Below are positions 49,401 to 61,300 of a DNA stretch of 64,000 bases, piece after piece. Where the stretch lies: the NCBI RefSeq assembly GCF_031769215.1, contig NW_026782081.1, forward strand, positions 682,001-746,000, read 5' to 3'. The translations under genes were made by a program, and so were the position numbers. This DNA is from Ylistrum balloti. Its lineage: Eukaryota. Numbering within the stretch: position 1 is the first letter of the stretch; each line of letters starts with the position of its first letter. The notes under the pieces are model-generated. The model did not search any database and was not told where the DNA came from. It was given only the letters and a program-made list of their open reading frames with translations.

Positions 49401-51276
49401 AAAGATCAAAGCTCACCCTCATCAATGTACCTAATACAACTGATATCAACTATACAATATCCTCGATAATGTTATTTGAATAGAGCTATAAGATTGAGAA
49501 CTATGTTAAAGCTTGTTGCGAACGTTTGACCGTCGATATTTTTGTGATTTATAGTTAGTTGATATTTAAATCTCTCTGCAAGGCCGATTTTCTTTACCTT
49601 TGACTTTTACCTTTGATCTGTGGGAAATAATGCTATTATGCAGGCAGTAGCTATAATAGATTTTTCGTATCTGCTCCGATATGTAAAGCACGAATGTATT
49701 ATATAAGGGATTATGTCACTTCTATGCTAGATCAACTTATTTTTCCTTTGAATATTTCATAGCAGCTTGTTTCTGTTTTATCATTAACTGTGTTATCAAT
49801 GGAACATATCGCCATAAAGAATGGATGAAGTTGTGCACCCGTCAGAATTCCCCATCGACTATACTATACTATCTTCTCGACTGAATCCTGTCCTGATAAC
49901 TCCTACAGTTGTTATCTCAATTTTGTGATAAAGCTGTGAGGTCGTTAAACATTGAGATGGTGCATTAGTACATTTTTGTACAAATTCGGCTGTTTTTATT
50001 GCAGTTGTGTCCCTTTTACTATGATTGCGCACTGAAACGTGTTCAGACCTTTCAACGCATTAACTTGAATTATCGGTAGGGGAAAAGGGATTGAATATGA
50101 ACGACAGGACGGGGAGATGGTGAGAGTGGTTTAAGCCCAACGTCCTGCAGCTCTAGGTCAATAAAATTTCATCGAAATATTAATTTTGTTTATATTTCCC
50201 TGTGTGTACCAGATATTTGCTGGTTTCTTTGCTTTTTACAGAACCTGGTTTTTACGAAATGAATAACGTGGGTGTACGCATGGAAAACGTAATGTATATA
50301 ACCTCAGCTAACCTGAAACAGGTAACTATATTTCATTATTGTGTTGTCCTTTGTAGTAAAGTAAGGGAAATGTATCCCTGTTATCATCAAATTGTTTAGA
50401 ACACTGAAATAGTTTGGATTAGTACCTATGATTAGGTCAAGTGTATTATAATGACATAGCGTTGGTTATCGTTATGTCAAATTCCTATCTCGATAATAGT
50501 AAGCAACATGTTCATAAATGGTGAAAAAACATTGAATGTCCCAAACAACAAAAGATACAATGTATTGTATTATGATATTTTTCTTCTTACTTATATCAAC
50601 AAAAAGATCATTTCTGTCTGTTTTCTGTTCGCAGCTTTCATCACGTTGTAAATTTCTAAGATTTGAAACGATAACACTGGTACCATACGAGCCTCACCTC
50701 ATCAACTACAATATGCTGAGTCAAACACATGTACGTACTGAAATATCACTGCATTTCCACTTTCTTTACTGTCTTTACCGTTAATTTCATAGATTGAGCA
50801 ATTGACTCGAAACATCAATGCCATGGACAAAAGCCAAATGTGAACTGGTAACTAGTCCGAAAGCATAATGTAGGCTCAATCATCCTTGATTCTGGCTGAT
50901 GCAGTGTGTGATTATGAAAATATGTTGCAATGAAACTTGTCAAGCAATCTCTCAAGATAAACAGTAGTAAAAAAATAATTATTTTTCATATTGATTGTGC
51001 TATTTTAAGGTGACAAAAAACTTTTGATATTTGAGCTGAAATTTCGGTTTACAAATTCTTGATAAACAAGTTAATTTTTAATTCAAAATATATGTAGATA
51101 AATGATTCTATTTTGACGCATTTCTATGTCTCCTCTCACAGTTGGATTGGCTGAATGAGTACAATAGTCGAGTTTTACAGAAGACTGCTCCTATTTTGGA
51201 ACGCTTTGGTGACGAAAACGCACTGGTTTGGCTGATGGCACGAGTAAATAATGTCACTAGGCAATCCATTCTCTAA
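34459..51276 (+). CDS. Secreted Xaa-Pro aminopeptidase (M24B, XPNPEP-like) paralog A, 24 exons, 728 aa
   Basis: Exons: 34459-34519, 35537-35622, 36515-36610, 36772-36835, 38845-38946, 40299-40397, 40823-40969, 41303-41398, 41606-41693, 42225-42339, 43729-43794, 44238-44360, 44553-44639, 45219-45269, 46956-47017, 47333-47482, 47694-47757, 47887-47956, 48426-48530, 48938-49012, 49156-49224, 50242-50321, 50635-50730, 51142-51276 (2187 nt, all GT-AG, continuous frame). Motifs DAYIV..QDAH, ISGFDG, WTDGR, WLFNLR, DSGGQY, GTTDMTRS, HETGHG, EPGFY, GVRMEN, LVPY, DWLNEY. Confidence 0.93.
36225..36375 (-). mobile_element. Penelope-like RT fragment, internally deleted
   Basis: Minus strand encodes FPMVNFPFLDSNIPASP, followed by ggtatttacatatcccagttgatc (GIYISQLI in a shifted frame). 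A related copy lies at 45800-45920. Confidence 0.6.
37005..38565 (+). mobile_element. Full-length but inactive Tc1/mariner (DD34E) DNA transposon in intron 4 of paralog A
   Basis: 26-bp TIRs ccgagaggaaaaggaaacgcaattag / ctaattgcgtttctttttcctcttag (3 mismatches), each flanked by TA (37003-37004, 38566-38567). Confidence 0.92.
37336..38350 (+). pseudogene. Tc1 transposase pseudogene
   Basis: MPRLSEVDRGSAIALL (HTH) ... VLF*DEFRF ... GGGSVMEWGGI, then a frameshift, then FLQDNTRPH...D*PPYSPDLSPIEHLW (34 residues between D and E) ... GGHTRY*. Two in-frame stops. Confidence 0.92.
38570..38746 (-). mobile_element. Internally deleted tRNA-derived SINE with V-domain-like core
   Basis: Minus strand: gggtggtcggatggggcagtggtaaagcactcgcctttcacc (A-box head, B-box missing), then gtgagttttccccgggtactccggttccctcccacaa core, then an AT-rich tail abutting the Tc1 right end. 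Confidence 0.65.
39094..39329. mobile_element. Fold-back MITE, PIF/Harbinger-like
   Basis: ~100-bp imperfect inverted arms (39094-39196 vs 39230-39329, e.g. ccacttgtataaaacatctcaa / ttgagatgttttatgcaagtgg) around a 33-bp spacer. CTG on both sides fits a CWG 3-bp target duplication. Confidence 0.8.
45440..45530 (+). repeat. Short interspersed repeat (ttccggaagagtaagcg family)
   Basis: cctaaaaagtacaaggagaataagatcgtgtgttccggaagagtaagcgccttct matches the inverted copy at 54760-54818; more degenerate copy near 62515-62570. Confidence 0.7.
45800..45920 (-). mobile_element. Penelope-like RT fragment
   Basis: gggtattgctatctagaaatggaaaattcacaataaggaaattgaaatcatc reverse-translates to DDFNFLIVNFPFLDSN; same family as 36225-36375. 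Confidence 0.65.
50946..51033 (+). repeat. 88-bp direct repeat, copy 1 (intron 23 of paralog A)
   Basis: 87/88 identical to 51773-51860. Confidence 0.92.
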
Positions 51277-51772
51277 GAATGAGACCCAACTGTTGTTGTC
51301 ATTCCTATTGATATTGTTTGATAACAATACCAAAATTGAAAATGAGAAATCACCAATTATCGAAGTCATTAATAAAATTGTTAAATCATTGTTTGCCGTG
51401 ATTGATTATATTAAATTTTATTTTTATACTTACGACTTATGATATGCCGAAAGGTCTTGTTTATTGTTATCTATCTTATTCAGAGAAAATAAAAGAAGTT
51501 AATTGATAAAGTTTCGATGCTTCCTTCTTTTATTGTTTCATCTAAAATGTAATTTATCATAAATGTCGACGACAAAAACTGGAATCACGATTGTTTACAA
51601 TATTGAAAATAGGACCTTATAGATCGGGAATCTTAATCTTAAGATTTTTCTATAAATCAATGTAGGAAAGCAGAGACATATTTTATAGAGGATAGAGGAA
51701 TAAGGAGATGCCTCCTGTTTCTCTAGTGAAGGAATTCATGTTAACTATAACATTCCTGTGCTATACATTATT

Positions 51773-51860
51773 AATCTCTCAAGATAAACAGTAGTAAAAA
51801 AATAATTAATTTTCATATTGATTGTGCTATTTTAAGGTGACAAAAAACTTTTGATATTTG
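51773..51860 (+). repeat. 88-bp direct repeat, copy 2 (downstream of paralog A stop)
   Basis: 87/88 identical to 50946-51033. Confidence 0.92.
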
Positions 51861-52082
51861 TAAAACAAAAACTTATGGTTCAACTACTTACAACTGAAAT
51901 ACCATTCTATATTGTATACCACTTTTAGACTAATATATAGAAAATCTTACAATAGATCGAATGGAAAAGATGAGTTATTTCCGATTGCCTCGTGTTAATT
52001 TTGTGATACCCTACATTAATTTATAAATATATTTTTTGTTATGGAAATACGATTCACAACGTGATCAAGTTTATAGTATAGT

Positions 52083-52140
52083 TACAGTTGAATCTCATTA
52101 TCTCGAACTCTTATAACTCGAATATACCCCCGCGGTCCCG
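52083..52140 (+). mobile_element. Truncated pogo/Tigger-like MITE end
   Basis: TA-cagttgaatctcattatctcgaactc...ggtccc resembles pogo-type TIR; no matching right end seen. Confidence 0.4.
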
Positions 52141-52379
52141 CCAACCAGGTTCGAATGACTGTGCGATAATTCTGAAAAAAAAATAACCTATCGATACGTA
52201 TGTCTCACGATACCCGTAGTGACTGGCAATCGTTTAAGTGTTTATGTATACTTAGTTAAGCCCCTTTATTGATATTTGATACCACCTGACCCAAAACCAA
52301 ATACCGACAAACTACCTGTGAAGTACACGACTGTGATTTAAACCTTTATAGGCATACGTTATTATCGTATGCATGAACC

Positions 52380-55300
52380 ATGTTGCAGGAATCGTGTTTC
52401 CTTTCAACAGTACTACTTTACCTGAGTTTCTTTGCTACACAAGGTAAGTGAAATGACAGGCACATTGAGTTGTTATAGGTACGCTAAGGCTGTTATGCAA
52501 ATCCTGTGATACTGAAAGTATTGTATAACTGTACCTTGAGCTAATATGCGGAGGTCACTTTATCGTTACAGATACAGCACAACACCGGGATTACGTTGGG
52601 TTTATAATACGTAACTGGTAGATACACATTGAAGTTTGCTTCATCCTCATATAGTGTCATAAATAAATATCATTCAATATATACGAGTGGACAAATCAAT
52701 GCATGTGCAATTTAACTAGTAACCCATGTGATTTGTGTTGAGAAACAATTTTAACAAAAGTCATAAACTGGCATTGTATCCACCATTCATTATTTAAGTT
52801 TAACTCTAATTCTATTTGTATTCAAAGGAGTTATTCACTTGAGTATCTTTTGTACAATCTTCCAAATATTAGCATTTTACTTTTCAGGAGTCCCGTGTAA
52901 ATCTTTCATTTGTCCACGTTTTTCTCTAATTTTACGGAATTTGAGTTTGAATTATAATTATGCTCCATTGTTGGTAGTTGGTTCAACATAAAAATATCTT
53001 TTACGTTGAATGCATGCAATTTTACATTAGTGTCTCGCATCATAAAACGGCCAATTAAATTGTTCGCGTTCGATAAACAAAGAATGGAAGACGCATGTCA
53101 ACCATACAATCTATTGTGGTAACTCGAGCAAACCATTTGCTATGTATTTGTGAATATGTTGTTTATATTTCAGGTATTCACTTAACCTTTAACCAACTTA
53201 GTGTATAACAAAGTCATGCTCGATACACATCTCTGCTTTTATGATTAATATATTCTCTATGATTTTATTTATGATCATATTTGGATTAGATCTTGATCTT
53301 GATTTTAAAATAATTTCTTTATCATAAAAAGTAGTTCGGGGGCACAATTATGGATCGGAATGCGTTCAGGACATTCCTCATAACATCGGCTTCCTTTCCC
53401 ACCGAGAAAACTGTACAAGCGTATGTATTTAATTATTTTGATGAGAATTAGTTTTTTTCAATTTTCTTACATATTCTAATAAATATCCAATATTTTATCA
53501 TGCTAATCTTCCCTTAAAAAAACTAAAACTTATTATCAACATATCTTGGCAATATTATTGAAAGATGCAAACACACTTAATGAATAAAGAATCCAGTATC
53601 ATTTTTCTTATTTTTTTTTAGATCTGAGTGGTCTTTCATAAAGAAAACCAAAATAATCAATATATACAATTAACCATTGTATTAAATAAGGAAACACAAT
53701 ATTTTTTTTTCAGAACCCAGTGACGTTATCGAGGGTTGGACGACTCCGAGATATCTTTTCAGACAATGGAATCGACGCTTACATTATCAGCACGGAAGAT
53801 GCTCATTTCGTAAGTATGGTCAAAACATTATTGTTTGTAATCGATATTACACTGGTTGTTTCTTTAGGAATATTACGTTTCCATTGTATCAGGTCTATGA
53901 TTTATTCATAGGCTTCGTCCCACATTAAGACCCTTCACAACGGTGTTTTAACATAAGGCCAGAGCCTATTTCGTAATGCATGTAAAATATGTGTATATCG
54001 TCTATATCAATTGATGGTGGAGTCATTGTTATAACAGTGCATGGCGGTATTGTTTCTGTATTGATAATGATATTGTGCACGCATAAAATATTGGTAGCGC
54101 AGAATGAAATGTCGTTATGAATGGAACCAAGGAAGAAAATACGGTTTATATAGTTTTCCTAACGTGAGATACTCAATAACATATTAGTGTATGATTAAAT
54201 TTGCCGTCCACTTTCAGATGTTATACAGAAGATTGTCGCTCCTGATGCTCTTAGGCTGAGGATAGCCATAACCCAGAAATTAAACATTTAAAAGTTACAC
54301 GAAGGTTAAAATATATCTCCCCGCTATAAGAGATCAGTCATACCGATAACATATTTGAAAGTGATTATCATCGAATACTTTTGTTATATCTTATTGTGCA
54401 TGTTTGGTTGACTGCTGAAATTCATCATATGGTTCCAGTAAGTTAAAGCATTAACTGTGAAGTTAAAGAATAACGGAGATACCTATGTGTAAGTCTCAAG
54501 AGCGATTTCTACTATGCTTTGTGATTTACTAAGAGAGTGTTTGAAATAGTGTTGCTTACATTGAAACGTAGCACATATGCATCCTGCTGTTATTTATATA
54601 ACGGGAGTGGTTTCTGTTCGTTGTTATAGTAATAGTGATGCTAAGTGTAACTCACGTGTAATCATGACTAATTTTAGTATAATTGAGATATCAATTCCAT
54701 TTGATAGGATTTACCGATGATTGAAATTATATCATAGTCGTAATCGATGAAGCAGAAGACGCTTACTCTTCCGGAACACATGTTTTATTCTCCTTGCACT
54801 TTTTAAGGTGTCTCCGAGAAATATTGCTTTTGTTCATATTTGCCTAAGTTTTTATATGTGTTTTGATGACGATTAACACGTCGTATTTTCTTGATGATTT
54901 TTATTGAAAAGAATTCACAATTCAAACGACAATATAATGCATTCTCATCGAGAAATGACAATTCCATTTGTCATGATTTAAGTGTGATTCAAAATTCAAA
55001 GGGGATTGCATTTCACTGATGTGTTATTTAGTCTTATACGTACTTGTCTCTTTAGTGCATTAAGCATGAAGTGTATCCATGGCTGTTTAAAAAAGATTTG
55101 GTGTTCAACACCTTTGACATAAATCTTATCATAATATTGAAATAATATAATATAAAAATAATTGAAGCTCCGAGGATTTCTAATGAGTAAATCACACTAA
55201 AAATACATTGTATATGATAATTTGATAGAAAGTACATCTTATAATGTAAATTAAAATGAGAAAAGTATATTACCAAAGTGAGTGATATTTCAGGTTATAG

Positions 55301-58300
55301 ATAATGAAATTATAAATTACCTTCTGCCATAATTAAGAGACATAGTCAACAAATGTATTTTCATTGTTCACATTTGATCACAATGAAATCAAAATACAAA
55401 AAAATAAAGTTTCGTTAAGGAATAAAACAAAATTTATCAAACTGAGACTTATTCCAAAACCTGTACCAGTTATACAAGGAAATCTTAATTTCATTATGTT
55501 ATGTGCAAAGAATTTTCTTTCAGCGACACAGAAGTTCACCACATGACAGTCGTCTGGCAGCAATATCTGGGTTTCCGGGCTCTATTGGTAGTGTGCTATT
55601 GATCCTCATTTATTTCCTAAATTGCTAATACAGCTTTTTTTAATTTTAATTGATTATTATCATTGTAATTAATAATTTTTGATAATTTTAACTATACACT
55701 AATCCTTTTCATATCAGCTAACAGGGGGGGGGGGGGGGTTATGATTCTTAAACAGACATTTATAAAGAATTGCAAACAAAATCTCTGCCTTTCGGCAAAA
55801 TTGAGAAACTTGATCAAGATGTATGTTTGTATTGTTCACATTTGATTAACTTTGTAGTACTTTTAATTTTAATATAAAGTGAACTATGTAAAACAATAGT
55901 ATTTCGGCATATATTCATCGACCGTAATTGAATTGCTTAATGCTCAGACTTAATATATTTTGTACAACTATAAGTATGCATGGTTCTGCTACATGACAGA
56001 ACAAAAATTGATATACCTATATAAGGCTTCTTATTATATCTCATGCAGTATTGAACAATGGTAGAGTGTCTTACAAAAGCGAGAGATAAAAACAAACGAA
56101 TAAAGAAAGCTAACAATTGGATGTAAACCCATTATTTAGTGGTCATAGTAAAAAATAGATCTTGCTTTACTGTAAAGACTTTCTTTAGGTACTTTGAAAT
56201 TTAATTTGTAAAATACAATGTTTGTATTATAATATCTCTAGTAATTTTGTTTTCATTTTCGAAATACTCTACTAGGCATATTTATCTATTTATTTTATTT
56301 GTAAAATATGTATTTTGATGACATTATTATAACACCTATAATGATTTTTTTTATTTTCGAATGAATACTTATTTATTTATTCATTTATTTGTTGTTGTTA
56401 TGTTTATTGCCTTCAGGTGTAGCCATTGTAACGAAGACCAGACTAGTCCTGTGGTCTGATGGACGAGCCTTCCATGCCGCAAGCGAAAGTTTAGACTGTG
56501 AATGGGAACTCTACAGAAAAGGTGAGTAAGAAACATTTTTGAATCATCAACATTGAAATGTGTAAGTTCTAAATTTTGCACAAGATCTGATAGAGATCTT
56601 GGTGTCTAATCTGTTTTAGGTGGACCGGGTGTGCCTACAATGACAACATGGATCAAACAAGAACTCAAAGATTTCGTAATTGGAGCTTGTCCTGCTTTTC
56701 TTTCATCAGGTAAAACGTTCTTTCGGTGGTCGCTAATCATGTTAATAGTTCTATCAATATACCCCAAATCAACAATTAATACAACACTGAACATTTCTGC
56801 TGTGCATGCACCCAAAATATACGATATTTCGATCTTTGTACTAAAGGATATTAATAAAATAGACAAGTTTCAATTTATTGTTCCAAGTTTGGTGGAGAAA
56901 TTTGGAGATGAGCTGCTCTACTGCCGGTATTCAACTAAAGGCTTTCGAATACGACCTAGTAGAACAGGTTTGGACAGATAACCGTCCTCCTGAAAACAGC
57001 GTCACGATCAATGCCTTGCCAACGCAATTTGCAGGTAAGGTTCAGTGGCAAAGGTAACTGCTTAACATTGCTATTGACGCCGAAATAATTTATCATGAAA
57101 TTGTCACGTGTGCAGTGTCTGATAAAAGAATTTCCTACATGGTAACATGCATTTGGTTCTATTCCACGAATAGGATCACGATAGAAAACTGTACAAAAAT
57201 TACACAAGTGAATAAATTAGAAGTAGAAACTAAAATGTCTTTTATTATGATTATCTTCATATTTTATTATTCGCCGTTGTAAGATGATTGTCATTCAAAT
57301 TCCATTTTTACATATTAAAAGGTTCTGCACAATGCTCATTCTTATTCTGATAATCTCTTAATTGAATTTCGGTCATTGATTATAAACTTCTAAAGATTGA
57401 ATTCTTCTCGTCAAGCCGGACAAATAGGCTTAACTACAATGCTCCAAAATCTAGGTTCATTTGATGACATTAAAAACATTAAAGGGTATCCTGTTTACCC
57501 ACATTTAAGACTACAATGCGTTTATTGGTAGCTATCCCGCGTTGCAAAATACTGATATTAATCGCAGTAGGAGAGTGAAAGAGTTCATAGCTAAATAAAT
57601 GGCACTATAAAAAGTTCAACAGATCTCATTATTTGTGAAAGTTTCATACTATTTCCTCGGAAAGTCGAAAGAAAAGTCAATAAAAGCATCCTCTATGATA
57701 TCGTGTAAAACAAAACAGTATCACCCAGAAGCATGTCATGTACTGCAGAAATATATTGCTAACGTTCTGACATTAATTATATTGGACGCTGGTTTTGTAT
57801 ACTTCAGGCAAAACCTGGCAGGACAAACTAAAAGACATGTATGTAGAAATGGAGTCGGTTGGAGTTGATGTTCTCGTTATTAGTGATCTAGACGAATGTC
57901 CATGTAAGTGTAAGATTATAAGATGTTCCGTTTTTCATAGTTGTACCAAAATGCAAATAACAGGAGAAAAATAAAGATAGGTGTAATTACTTTATGAAAT
58001 CTTTTCATGGCAATGTACATATCAATTGCTGATGATAATTCTGAATGTTATGCTTTCAGGGCTGTTCAACATGAGATCATTCGAATTTGGATTTAGACCT
58101 CACTTTTTTGCATATGCCGTAATCGACAGACGATACAATAATGCCAGGTAATATGACACTAATGTGCCATATGAAATTCCGGATCTTCCAACAAATAACT
58201 TTTCAAGCAGTGTTGAACTATACTACACAATGTGTTCATTTTTTAAAGGTTATATCTGCGTGATCATGTCTCGATACTTACTCGGAAACCTTCGGATCCT

Positions 58301-61300
58301 CATGTCAACATAACGATCATGGAACATCTAAATACGGATGTGAACGGAAAGTGTAAACCACAAATTGAAGATGTAAGGATCAATCTTCTTCTGATATACA
58401 CTAATAGAGTTCATTTTTTTTAGAAACTATTACAGTGTAACCATTATTGAGGAGATGCGTTGTTGGCTGTTGTTGGTCAGAACAGTTGTTTCTGTTTTTA
58501 GAAAGACGATGCCGATTCTGGTGCCTGTGCAGCGATAGACGACGGAGTGAAATCCTGTTCAGCAGTTACTAATACATGTCTTTCAGTAAGATTATTCTTT
58601 GCATTTCCATATTTTTTTTCTGCATATTAGAGTTGATCTTACCAATGATTTAAGCTGTCAAGTGTCCTGATTTGAACGTTGTTTTAATATCCACTATCAA
58701 TTATGTTACTGAATGATGTTAAATATTGATTAACAGACTCCTTGTTAACTTTTTGTATTTCCCTTTAAAAATCCAGATTCTTGACATTTGTGTGATATAT
58801 TGATACTTATCAATTCTTGATATGTCCTTTCAAAATTTTCTAGATATTGTTATCATACTATTACTGAACTCTACTATTGATTCGTGCATTGAACAATCAA
58901 ACTGTACAAACATAAGATCTGTTGATGTTGGAGCACAAACTTGAGCTATGTACATATGTAACATCGTCAATTTAATTTTCTGAACAATTGTCTTTGATAC
59001 ATGGTATGTGAAGGCATTGTAAATTGTTTATGGAAGAGAACTGTGTATAGTTTATTGACCCATGCCACTTGAGGAGGGTTGTTTATAAAGTCACGATATC
59101 AAATATCAAATATAACATTAACTGGCGAATTTTAATAGTAAAATTACATAATAGTACAATCAGATATAGTGTTTAGTGCTAAATGTATGTAATTGATGAT
59201 TTTTTTAAATATGTGGTAAAAGCTCTCGTGTTCAGTTGATGGCCCTTTCGATAACTATTGTTTGAGATTTCAACTTCTGAAGAAACAAAATCAGAAAATC
59301 AGAAGTTGATGTATAAGATATGAAGTCGGCATGTTTTAGATTTTTATTGTCTGTCATTTTTCATAACTTTATATCAAATACATAAAGTGTAATTATGCTC
59401 TAAAATAATGAGTAAATAATTGATCTTTGCAATGTAGGTACGAGAGTACAATTTACAGGACGTACTTGAAGACATCCGACATGCATCGTCGGAGCCCAAC
59501 ACAAGGAAAGTTTGGGTGTCAATCTATTGTAATCACGCCGTGTACTCTGCTGTTCCCAAGGTATAATGTCTACCTTTCTTTCAAACATTCACAATTATTC
59601 TAACAACACCCATACATATGACCATACAGGGCACGAAAATTGCTATTCCAGCGTACCGTGTAATAGTTTTATAGAGGTGATGTTACAATATACTATAGAC
59701 ATTAAGATTATTATCATTTTACATTGAAGTCGAAAATATACCAAGATTTGACACCTGTAGCCATGGCTAAGGCCTTGCGAAATCCGGTTGAAGTGAAAGG
59801 AATGATCGACTCCAATGTAAGTAAAATAACCAAAAAATACAGGAAAGAAACGAGAAAACAACATTGTGAAAATTGCACTCATTTTCCTCAGGGTCTGATA
59901 GCATATGTATAGTACATTTTAAGCTCAACAAGATTGCCATATACATTTGGTAGCTAAGTTAGTCTATGGAAATACAGAGGATTCAAATCGAATATCTATT
60001 CTTCACCAAATGAGAAAGAAATATTTGACAAGCCGGGATCCATATATTTGCAACACGAAATGTGAAAAAGAAAAGAAAAATGGACAGCGCATCTTATTTC
60101 GTCATCGCAAAACATCGCACAGTAACATGAAATAACTTGCGAAACTCTGTCTTTAAGAGGTCTTGTAGTCGGGATTGATTTGAACATGTGCCCAGATTTT
60201 ACCCCCGTTTCATGACTCATATTTCGACTATTCGTGCGAGGTGTTTGATAATAGGGTTCACTGTGAAACATTTCTACGAGTGTAATCGTTTGTTTTTTTC
60301 AGTTGGTCGATTCAGCTGCAGCGATCAGATTTTTTGCAAAACTGGAAAAAGAGGTAAGAAGAATCTCTGAATAGGGAAATTATTGTTTCTTGATTCCACC
60401 TTTATTGATAAGCCACTCACAAGTCAGGAAATTAATCAGTTGTGTGTAGTTATGTTCCCGTATCGTTCCTTTCTGCATTTCATATAATTTGTCATTACAT
60501 ACAGATAAAGCAAGGAAAAGATTGGACAGTCTTTCAAGCATTTCACGACATCTCTAATTATAGAAAGTAAGTATACTTGATTAAAACATTTGAAATGACC
60601 AAAAGTAATAAAAACAGTTTTTTTTAAGTAAAGTGAAAGAGAAAGTAAAAATATTTATGAAAATTGAAACAAACTGAATAAATAAACAATAATAAAAATA
60701 ACAAGTGGGTAGAAACTGAAAGTGTAGAAAACTTTACTTAAAACTTATGCAATAATGTATGCAATAATGCAGATGAGCACAACGCAACGTGATATTTACT
60801 ACATACATGCACATTGGGAAAAAAATGGCAATGCTTACTTACAGAGAAAGTCCTTACTTCCGCTCTCCGGCCTTTAGAACCTTGACCGGAAGCGGTCCAT
60901 CTGCAGCCCATTTGTACAATCTGCCAACTCGTGAGAGGTCTCGTCGGATTACGACCTCAGAAATATTTATGCAGGATACCGGCGGACAGTACCTGTAAGA
61001 AATAGCCAACCATTATAAGTAATCTTCTTTAAACATAAATAATTAGGCAACGTTTGTTTTTCATGTCTCCAGAGCTTTTAATCATTAAGCATACAAGTCA
61101 TTTTAACACATGCCTTCTCTCGGTATGTGCGGGTATACATGAATTGATCATTTGATTTCAATTTAAACTATGCGTGTATGAGCATTTGAGTGTTTCGTAT
61201 TAAACTTATAAAAGGAACGGTTCATCCTTGGAAGATGGAGTTATTGTATATTTTAGATCCTTCTTATTTCAGCTCCTTACATTAAGTTAACGAACAGATA

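Noticed and set aside
55724-55738. Poly-G tract as functional G-quadruplex
   Set aside because: Isolated intronic homopolymer with no other support
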